Under the pieces are notes generated by a model. The model was not told where the DNA came from. It was given only the letters and a program-made list of their open reading frames with translations, and ran no database searches. Positions 17,865-25,778 of a stretch of DNA of 32,000 nucleotides are shown piece after piece. This DNA comes from Candidatus Baldrarchaeota archaeon. GTDB taxonomy: Archaea > Asgardarchaeota > Baldrarchaeia > Baldrarchaeales > DXJG01. The stretch is taken from assembly GCA_019056805.1 (NCBI GenBank), contig DXJG01000010.1:59771-91770 (forward strand), given 5' to 3'. The translations under genes and the position numbers were made by a program. Position 1 is the stretch's first letter. Each line of letters opens with the position of its first letter.

Positions 17865-19007
17865 ATGTATGAGGACATCGTCAAAGAGGTTTATGAAATA
17901 GTGTATCCAAGGAGAAAGCTTTTCACCGCAGGTCCTGTGGCTTGTTTTCCCGAGGTTCTTGAAATTATGAAAGTTCAAATGTTTAGTCATCGAGCGGAAG
18001 AATATAAAATTATTCACAGAGACACTATTAAACGTTTAAAATCTTTCTTAGAAGCTGAGAAAGGTGAAGTTTTGCTTTTTCCAAGCTCTGGAAGTGGAAT
18101 CATGGAAGCTTCGATCAGAAATGCTGTTTCTTTAAAAGGGAAAGTTCTTGTTACTATTATTGGTGCTTTCGGAGAACGCTACGCTGAGGTTGTTAAGGAA
18201 AATGGTAGAGAAGCCATAGAGCTTAGATTCGAACTGGGAAAAGCTGTGGATCCAGATGTCCTTGATGATGCGTTGAAGAAGCATCCTGATGTTGAAGCTG
18301 TAACAATAACATATAATGAAACATCTACTGGTGTCTTAAATCCATTGCCTGAACTCGCTAAAATAGTTAAGGAACATGATAAGCTTCTTTTTGTAGATGC
18401 TGTAAGTGCGATGGGTGGTGCGGATATAAAATTTGATGAATGGGGCATAGATGTTGTTTTTGGTAGTTCACAAAAGGCTTTTGGCGTTCCGCCCGGGTTA
18501 GCGATTGGAGCTTTTAGCGAGAGAGTTTTTGAACTTGCTGAAAAAATATCGGAAAAGGGATGGTATTTTAATCTTCCTTTATATAGGAAATTTAATGAAA
18601 CTAAGGACGGTACGCCTTCAACGCCTCCAATGCCTCAGATTTTTGGTCTCAATGTGGTTCTTAGAATGATAGAAAGGATGGGTGGAAAGGAGAAATGGCT
18701 TAATATGTATCAGGAAAGAGCTAAAATGATTAGAAACGGAGTAAAAGATATTGGGCTTAAACTTTTAGCGGAACCGAGACATGAAAGTCCAACAATAACA
18801 GCTGTGTTTGCGCCAGAAGGAGTTAAAGGATCCGATATTTATAATGCGATGCGTGACCGTGGATTTGAATTGGCAAAAGGCTATGGCGAGAAAATTAAGG
18901 AAAAAACATTTAGAATAGGTCATATGGGACATATAACTTTTGAAGATATTAAAGAAATGCTAGATAATTTAAGAGAAGTCATTAATGAACTATCAAAACG
19001 AAAATAG
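17865..19007 (+). CDS. PLP-dependent class V aminotransferase (serine/alanine-glyoxylate type)
   Basis: LFTAGPV, SHR, SSGSGIMEA, YNETSTGVLNP, VDAVSA, PLP lysine in GSSQKAFGVPPG and FRIGHMG. Confidence 0.93.
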   Translation: MYEDIVKEVYEIVYPRRKLFTAGPVACFPEVLEIMKVQMFSHRAEEYKIIHRDTIKRLKSFLEAEKGEVLLFPSSGSGIMEASIRNAVSLKGKVLVTIIGAFGERYAEVVKENGREAIELRFELGKAVDPDVLDDALKKHPDVEAVTITYNETSTGVLNPLPELAKIVKEHDKLLFVDAVSAMGGADIKFDEWGIDVVFGSSQKAFGVPPGLAIGAFSERVFELAEKISEKGWYFNLPLYRKFNETKDGTPSTPPMPQIFGLNVVLRMIERMGGKEKWLNMYQERAKMIRNGVKDIGLKLLAEPRHESPTITAVFAPEGVKGSDIYNAMRDRGFELAKGYGEKIKEKTFRIGHMGHITFEDIKEMLDNLREVINELSKRK

Positions 19008-19063
19008 TCATTTTATTTCCTTGTTATTTTTATTTGATTATTTAAATTATCATAATTGAGATT

Positions 19064-20440
19064 TTATGCTATTTGTAGTAGCTGTAGATCAGGTATTTCT
19101 GCGTCATCTAAATAATAAGTATTGTAGATGGGTGTTCTATGTCTGATACCGTGAATAAAGACATAACCGTGTTTGTAAAATACTTCGATTATACGGTCTG
19201 ACATATCTTTAATGTGATTTTTTATTGCAGAACTTTCATGAGCAAAAACAAAAATTATATCGTTTCTTTCTCTTGCTTCCATAATCATTCTTGTTCCGAT
19301 TCTAAGTCCTTCCACCGGGCCAAAAACATTTTCTAAAGCATCTATTGAAAACATTATACCAGTAGTCTTAGAAACCTTATGTAAGTATTCCAAACCTTTC
19401 ATGTATTGCTCAAGAAAATCGTTTTCATCCGTTAACCTGGTAATTAATTTAAATTTCTTAAGATAGCTTTCATCGGGGACAAGCATTTTAATCATGCCGA
19501 CGATGAAACTTTTAGCTCCGTATCTTGGAGGCACTAAAAGTACACCATTATTTCTTAAAAGAAAACTTATAATGTGATGGCCCATAATTGCTGCAATTAC
19601 CCCTGATGGTACATTTTCCCGTATTAAATATAACACTAGATTTCCGCCACGTAACTTACCCATTATTTTATCCAAGGATGGTGATCCTGTTGGATGTTCG
19701 CCTGCAGTACTTTTACCGCTACGAATAAAACTTACATACTTGGCAATTTTATCTTTGATTTTAACTGGGTTAGGAAATGTAAATTCTTTTGGAAGTGTGA
19801 ATCTACCGCCGTAGAGAGTGAATGGAATTATAGGTCTTTCTATTTCCACTGCTCTTAATTTTTCAATTATCATTTCTCGATAAATTTTTCCATCAATATA
19901 TTCATATGTTAGACTAATAACCCCATCTGCAAGATAATCTAATTTCGTGATCTCCTTTGGATTTTCAGTTACGATAATGGATTTTATGTTGGATGTTCTA
20001 GCTAATTCGGCAAAACTATGTACAAATTTTTCTTGTGGTGTGTTTATTGTTTCACAAACTGAGTCTATTGAGTCTATTACAATAAATGCATCCTTCTCAT
20101 TTTCTATTCTTTTTAATCCTGCGTATAATCCTCGTAAAAATTCTGGTATTGAAGAATACATAATGGCATCATAAGTGCTTTGACTTTTAGGGAACGGGGT
20201 TACAGTAGCGTCGATTATATTCTTGGGTGGAAGATGTTCTGCAACATAGGGGTACTGTTTTATGACGGTTTCTGGATTAACTCTTGTTGAGTAATATAAT
20301 CCACATCCCTTTTTTGCTAATCTAATAAGGCATTCAAGAGAAAATATTGTTTTTCCAGAACCAGGTTTCCCTTTCACAAGCAACGTGGAATTTCCTTCAA
20401 TGGAGAAGAATTTCAATATTTCTTTAGGGATAGAAGTCAT
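19064..20440 (-). CDS. Two-domain RecA/KaiC-superfamily ATPase, GvpD P-loop-like
   Basis: IPKEILKFF...TLLVKGKPGSGKT (Walker A), IVIDSID (Walker B) and DYLADGVISL...R.MIIEKLRA. The second domain (HPTGSPSLDKIMG) lacks a Walker A. Confidence 0.75.
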   Translation of the reverse strand: MTSIPKEILKFFSIEGNSTLLVKGKPGSGKTIFSLECLIRLAKKGCGLYYSTRVNPETVIKQYPYVAEHLPPKNIIDATVTPFPKSQSTYDAIMYSSIPEFLRGLYAGLKRIENEKDAFIVIDSIDSVCETINTPQEKFVHSFAELARTSNIKSIIVTENPKEITKLDYLADGVISLTYEYIDGKIYREMIIEKLRAVEIERPIIPFTLYGGRFTLPKEFTFPNPVKIKDKIAKYVSFIRSGKSTAGEHPTGSPSLDKIMGKLRGGNLVLYLIRENVPSGVIAAIMGHHIISFLLRNNGVLLVPPRYGAKSFIVGMIKMLVPDESYLKKFKLITRLTDENDFLEQYMKGLEYLHKVSKTTGIMFSIDALENVFGPVEGLRIGTRMIMEARERNDIIFVFAHESSAIKNHIKDMSDRIIEVFYKHGYVFIHGIRHRTPIYNTYYLDDAEIPDLQLLQIA

Positions 20441-20784
20441 TTCTTTTCACCACTCCGCCGAGAATTAAAATAAAGTTGGACTGTCAGTGGGTGATAACAG
20501 TATTATATTGTTATAATTGTAATAGATATAACAACTTTTAAATTTTATCTACTTAAAAACTCTGTTTATTTGATCCGCATTAGCTTGATTGTTCTTTACG
20601 TACAAAATGTGCAATAACTGTAATTATAAGCTAAAATACTGTTTATTTTTTGTTAAAAGTCAAAATAATGATTTCTAGTGTAGAAAATATAAAATTGTAT
20701 CGTTTACATTGTTGCAACAATCTAATTATCATTTTAAGCCCTAAGTTCTTTACATTAATTTAAATACAGGAAATGATCTGGATT

Positions 20785-21999
20785 TTACACTGCAAGTTTG
20801 TCTATTTCTTTTATTATTTCGTATGAGTATTTTAAGGCTTTTTTGATTGTTTGTTCTTCTATGTTTTCGTAGGTATCTGTGTACCAGTGCCAATTTGGCA
20901 ACAACCCTTTTTCATTAAAGCCCATGATGCTCATTGCTTTGAAGCCTCTTGCTATTGCAGGTGTTGCATCAGTAGGAAGCAACTTATATGTTCTTGAACG
21001 TATATTCCATTCTTCATGCGACTTTGCGACTTTATCCGCAATTTCAATGAGTAATTTGTCTGATTTCATAGTGGTAAGCAGTCCTTCTCCCGTAATATAG
21101 TATATGTCTCCACTTCCAACCATATCGAAGTTCAAAATGAACGTCTTATTTTTATCAAAGTTTTTTCCGTATTCTTTTAAGAAGTGAATCATTCCGAACA
21201 TACCTGACTCTTCGCTTCCAGTAGCAACACACCATACTTCTGTGCTTTCTAACGGATTTTTTGATAAGATTTCTGCCAAAGCTAAAACCATACTTGCACC
21301 TGATGCGTTGTCATTTGCACCAGGAATGTCTTTATAGATAGCTTCTCGATGTATCATTGAAAAGAATCCTAAAAATATGAAACCTATTGGAACAAGGGAT
21401 AGAATAAGTGCTAGGTCGCGTATATTTATGAAAAGAATGTTTGTTGAAATGAAAGTTTCATAAAGTAGAGTTATAATTAGTATTAGCGGGTATAGGATAC
21501 TTGAAAGTGCTATTGCGAGAAATAGTTTTCTAAAGTTTTTTACAAATTTTGGGTTAAAGAACCAAGCTGGTCTAGAGGAATCGTAATGTCCTGTTAAAAT
21601 TAAGCGGTATTTCACTTTATTCTTCGGTTTAATAATTGTAAATACGTTATAACTTAATCCCTTTAGCAAAATATAGTAAAGAACTGGTTTTGTTGAGCCT
21701 TCTAACAGAAATATTATCAAAGCTAAAATTGCTGGAGGTATGCTGAGAATTATATTGTAAAAGTAAAGTATAAATGATAGAATATAAAGTCCAAAGAGAA
21801 CGATATAAACCCACGAAAATGTGGAAAGTGTATAAAACTTTTGTTTTACAGGTTCTAAACCTAAAGATCTAAAGAAGTTAAAAATGTAGTCTGCAGCTTT
21901 TTCCTCGTTTTCCGAGGATGGCCTTCGAGGCCCTATATCAACAGACAAAGCGTATATGTGTTTCATAGGATTGACATTTTCGATCATGTCAAACCCCAC
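20785..21999 (-). CDS. M28-family metallopeptidase with inserted transmembrane segments
   Basis: GHYDS, GANDNASG, GSEESG, NFDMVG and WHWYTD zinc/catalytic motifs, with hydrophobic helices inserted. Confidence 0.85.
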   Translation of the reverse strand: MGFDMIENVNPMKHIYALSVDIGPRRPSSENEEKAADYIFNFFRSLGLEPVKQKFYTLSTFSWVYIVLFGLYILSFILYFYNIILSIPPAILALIIFLLEGSTKPVLYYILLKGLSYNVFTIIKPKNKVKYRLILTGHYDSSRPAWFFNPKFVKNFRKLFLAIALSSILYPLILIITLLYETFISTNILFINIRDLALILSLVPIGFIFLGFFSMIHREAIYKDIPGANDNASGASMVLALAEILSKNPLESTEVWCVATGSEESGMFGMIHFLKEYGKNFDKNKTFILNFDMVGSGDIYYITGEGLLTTMKSDKLLIEIADKVAKSHEEWNIRSRTYKLLPTDATPAIARGFKAMSIMGFNEKGLLPNWHWYTDTYENIEEQTIKKALKYSYEIIKEIDKLAV

Positions 22000-22211
22000 A
22001 TTTTATTTTTAAGATTAAATTATAGTTTATGATTTTTAATCTAAATATGTACTACTACGGTTATATTTTTACGCTCATTATTCTCTTATTGGCAAGTTGA
22101 CTTGAAAATGATGAGTGTAGTAACGTAGGTGTAAAATATGTTTTTAGAATAGGTACTAAATTAGTTAAAAATTTAAGGATGAGTTTAAGATTATATATTA
22201 GGGGTTAAAGC

Positions 22212-23951
22212 GTGGGGAATTATTTAAAACTACATAAAAAATTTAGTTTGACAATTGTGCTTATTCTTGTTGTCTTATTGCTTTTCGATTCTTATTTAAG
22301 TTCTTCTTTAACTATAAGGAACCGTACAACAAACTATTCTCTTGTTACATCTAAGGAAGACAGTAAAGTTATTTTTGTACCCGATGATTACACTACGATT
22401 CAAGAAGCTGTTAATGCTGCTAATGGCTACGATATAATCATTGTTAGAGATGGAATTTACATTGAAAACGTTGAAATCCATAAAACAGTTGTTATTGTAT
22501 CTGAAAACGGTCCAAATTCAACCATTGTGCAAGCAAAAAACATTGAACAGCCTGTTTTCACGATTGAAGCAAGTTTTGTTAATTTAACCGGTTTTACCAT
22601 TAAAGATGCTGTTAAAAGTGCTGGAATATTAATTGATAGCTCTGGAAATATTATAAGTAATAATATTGTTGTAAATAACACTTATGGAATCCGTTTAGAG
22701 TTTGCAACAAGATATAATACTATATTCAATAATACAATTAGAAATAACACCTACGGGATTTATAATTCTGGTTCTGAGTCTAACAACTTTTACCTAAACT
22801 GCCTTATAAACAGCAAAAATTACTATACTAGGTATTCTCTCTTTTCTAAGGGTAATTCATGGAGTTCACCTAAAGAAATTACATATTACTATGAAGGAAG
22901 GAATTATACGAGTTTCCTTGGCAATTTTTGGAGTGATTATGACGGTGAAGATGTTGATAACGATGGAATAGGTGACACACCTTATGAAGCGAGTAAGGAA
23001 GATGTTGATTATTTTCCATTAATCGGAATTTGGATAAATAAAACCATAATATTTGTAGATGTAACTCCACCTTCAGTTATTGAAATAATTATTTCACCTG
23101 AATGTCCAAAAGCATATGAAGATGTCCGTATAGCCGCCAAGATAGTCGATAAAAGAAGTGGAGTAAAAAAGGCGACTTTATACTATAGTGTTAATGATGG
23201 AGAATGGATAAAGATTGAAATGGTTGAGAAAAATGGTTATTGGATCACTACAATACCTGGCCAACCAGGAGGAAGTTTTCTTAAATTTTTCATTGAAACT
23301 GTTGATAGTAAAGGTAATGTTGGTAGAAGTTATACTAGATACTATGAAATACCTGGTTTTCCAACTTCAGAGCTGTTAATAGCTATAATACTGTTTGTTA
23401 TAACTTTCTCGACAATTTCATTTTTTAGAAAAATACAAGAAAGAGAAGAAGAGTTTTTTGAAATTCCAGAAGATATTTTAGATCAAGTTCAACAAGAAGA
23501 AGAGGGAGGTACAGCGATTTCAAAGGTTTCAACTTATTCTAACGGTGATAAGAAAAGAGTGATAGAGCCTTTAAAAATTGGAGAAGAAGAAAAACGTATT
23601 CTTTTTGATTTAGAAAGTGAGAAAATGGCTCTCGAAGATTTAATAACTGACTTGAATAGAAAGTTTGAAACTGGGAAAATAGATTTCTTAGAATACTCTA
23701 AACTTTTTAAAGAGTATAGAAAAGAACTTCATTTAATTGAAAAGAAACTTATGAGATTTAAATTAAAGTTAGGATTAATTGAACATTTTAGATGTATGGT
23801 ATGCGGATTAGAAATAATGGAAAACGAAGATATCGTTTTTTGCCCATACTGCAAAAATCCAGCTCATAGGGATCATTTGTTAGAATGGCTTCATATCAAA
23901 GGTATATGTCCAAACTGCAGACGTTTTATCAGAAGAGAAGATTTAACTTAA
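22212..23951 (+). CDS. Single-pass membrane protein: signal/anchor, NosD/CASH beta-helix, Ig-like domain, TM helix, cytosolic coiled coil and C-terminal RING-like zinc finger
   Basis: VPDDYTTIQEAVNAA, Asn-ladder repeats, GNFWSDYDGEDVDNDGIGDTPY, DVTPP..SGVKKATLYY, TM at 23373-23426 and CMVC-x12-CPYC-x4-HRDH-x10-CPNCR at 23793-23924. Confidence 0.85.
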   Translation: MGNYLKLHKKFSLTIVLILVVLLLFDSYLSSSLTIRNRTTNYSLVTSKEDSKVIFVPDDYTTIQEAVNAANGYDIIIVRDGIYIENVEIHKTVVIVSENGPNSTIVQAKNIEQPVFTIEASFVNLTGFTIKDAVKSAGILIDSSGNIISNNIVVNNTYGIRLEFATRYNTIFNNTIRNNTYGIYNSGSESNNFYLNCLINSKNYYTRYSLFSKGNSWSSPKEITYYYEGRNYTSFLGNFWSDYDGEDVDNDGIGDTPYEASKEDVDYFPLIGIWINKTIIFVDVTPPSVIEIIISPECPKAYEDVRIAAKIVDKRSGVKKATLYYSVNDGEWIKIEMVEKNGYWITTIPGQPGGSFLKFFIETVDSKGNVGRSYTRYYEIPGFPTSELLIAIILFVITFSTISFFRKIQEREEEFFEIPEDILDQVQQEEEGGTAISKVSTYSNGDKKRVIEPLKIGEEEKRILFDLESEKMALEDLITDLNRKFETGKIDFLEYSKLFKEYRKELHLIEKKLMRFKLKLGLIEHFRCMVCGLEIMENEDIVFCPYCKNPAHRDHLLEWLHIKGICPNCRRFIRREDLT

Positions 23952-24131
23952 AATTTAAAATGTTCTTTTATTTTCAAATACATCTTAACTATAACATACT
24001 AATTGTAAAGATATTTAATAACAATAATACGAGAAATAGATATATTTTAAATAATGGCTGAATGAGTCTTCATAATGTTGAAATTCACTTGTTTATTTTG
24101 ATTGACACAATAGTGATAGTGGTGTGTTGTA

Positions 24132-24545
24132 ATGATTGGAATCATCGTTATTTCCCATGGAAAATTTGCTGAACACTTGATAAAGTCAGCAGAATTAATT
24201 GTAGGTAGACAAGAAAAGATAGTTCCTGTTCATTTGTTAGAAGGTGAGAGTCCAGAGAGATTTGAAGAGAAACTTCGTGAAGCTTTTAGGAATGTTAAAT
24301 CTGATCATGGAGTTCTTATTCTTTCTGACCTTTTTGGTGGAAGTACCGTTAGAGTAGCTGCTCGTTTTCTCTTTGACGAAGAAAAAGTGGAAGTCGTTGC
24401 TGGGGTAAATATGCCAATGTTATTGGAAGTTCTACTTAACAGAGAAGATACAGATTTGAAAAAATTGGTTAAAATAGCGGTTGATGCAGGAAAAAGCGGT
24501 GTAGTAGATTTCAGAGAAAAAATTGAAAAAAATGTTAAAGGTTGA
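24132..24545 (+). CDS. PTS mannose/fructose/sorbose-family EIIA component
   Basis: MIGIIVISHGKFA (phospho-His), LILSDLFGGS and VVAGVNMPMLLE. Confidence 0.92.
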   Translation: MIGIIVISHGKFAEHLIKSAELIVGRQEKIVPVHLLEGESPERFEEKLREAFRNVKSDHGVLILSDLFGGSTVRVAARFLFDEEKVEVVAGVNMPMLLEVLLNREDTDLKKLVKIAVDAGKSGVVDFREKIEKNVKG

Positions 24546-25032
24546 AGTGTTTTTCAAGTATTTCTAAAAAGTTGACTGCTTTGTCTTCCGGGAGTTGTTG
24601 GTAAATTAGTTTTATCCCGGTGTCTGCTATTTCTTTTAACGCCTTTGCTTCGTTTTCATTTAATGACACAGTTTTTGCTACACGTTTTCTTCCTTCTTCA
24701 TAGCCTAGTTGTCCAATGTCTAACCATTCGAATTTTACTCCGCCCTTTACAAGTCCCAGTGCATCGAAAGGAGTTTTTACTATGATGAAAACCTTTTCCT
24801 TTTCCCATTTATTTGAATTGTACTCTGAGATAGCTTCATTTATTCCTAATATTGAAACTTTTACACTTGTAGGCGCAGCAAGCGGTAGTGTCATTTTTGC
24901 GATTGGATCCTGTGCAACTTTGTCATTTACCACTATGATTCGATCTGGATTTGTTTTTCGTGCCCATTTAACTGTAACTTGCCCATGAATTAAGCGGTCA
25001 TCCAGTCTTACGAGGACTATTGGCATTTTCAT
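24535..25032 (-). CDS. PTS mannose/fructose/sorbose-family EIIB component
   Basis: LVRLDDRLIHGQV (phospho-His), IIVVNDKVAQD and LDIGQL. Tail-to-tail 11-nt overlap with EIIA. Confidence 0.92.
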   Translation of the reverse strand: MKMPIVLVRLDDRLIHGQVTVKWARKTNPDRIIVVNDKVAQDPIAKMTLPLAAPTSVKVSILGINEAISEYNSNKWEKEKVFIIVKTPFDALGLVKGGVKFEWLDIGQLGYEEGRKRVAKTVSLNENEAKALKEIADTGIKLIYQQLPEDKAVNFLEILEKHFNL

Positions 25033-25034
25033 CC

Positions 25035-25778
25035 CTACAGATGGCGTAATTTATCTTTATATTTTAGAGCTAACTGTAAATTATGTAATTCGGATCCTTC
25101 TACGTTTCCACTAACCCAGATTGGAGGGTCTATCCCTCTTTTCCTAAGGTTTTCCGCTACTTGCGCAACAAGAGCATTTAATATAGTAGCGGCTGTAATG
25201 GTGGATGTTGGTGCAACTTTATACTTGACCCCCTCTATATCAAGTATTGCATCTCCTAAAATTCCACAGTTATCTATAACTACATCTGCTAACTCGTAGA
25301 GTTTCTTACCGCTTGGATGTCTTGATTTCATGTTTTTACTGTGTTCTATTGAAGTTATTGCTATGATTTTCGCTCCTCTTTTCTTTCCTTCAATTGCCAT
25401 CTCAACTGGAACTGCATTAATTCCGCTGTTTGAGACAATAATTAAGACATCTTTCCCAGTTATAAAATAATAATTTAGGAGAATTGCGGCGTACCCTGAC
25501 AATTTTTCTAACATACTGCTTTTGAAAGCTCCAGTGTGAAGCATGAAGCTAGGATCTAAAATTGCACCGAAACATGCTAGTCCTCCTGCTCTTGCAAATG
25601 CTTCTTCTGCAATTAAGTGGCTATGTCCAGTACCGAATACGTAGACCATTCCATCATTGACAATAGCATCTGTTATCATATTTGCAGCTGTTTGTATAGT
25701 TTCTTTCTGTGTTTCAACTATTTTCTTCAAAATTTCAAAAACTTTATTGAAGAATCTTTCTGCAGCGGTTTCTGCCAC
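25035..25778 (-). CDS. SIS-domain sugar-phosphate protein, UPF0309 family (NagS-like)
   Basis: VFGTGHSHLIAEE..RAGGL, LEKLSGYA, IVSNSGINAVPVEMA, SRHPSGKKLYELADVVIDN...GDA. The GTG start abuts the IIC-IID stop. Confidence 0.85.
   Translation of the reverse strand: MAETAAERFFNKVFEILKKIVETQKETIQTAANMITDAIVNDGMVYVFGTGHSHLIAEEAFARAGGLACFGAILDPSFMLHTGAFKSSMLEKLSGYAAILLNYYFITGKDVLIIVSNSGINAVPVEMAIEGKKRGAKIIAITSIEHSKNMKSRHPSGKKLYELADVVIDNCGILGDAILDIEGVKYKVAPTSTITAATILNALVAQVAENLRKRGIDPPIWVSGNVEGSELHNLQLALKYKDKLRHL

Noticed and set aside
19064-20440. Gas vesicle or circadian clock function for the GvpD/KaiC-like ATPase
   Set aside because: No gvpA/F/L or kaiA/B genes are in the window, and the second ATPase domain is degenerate.
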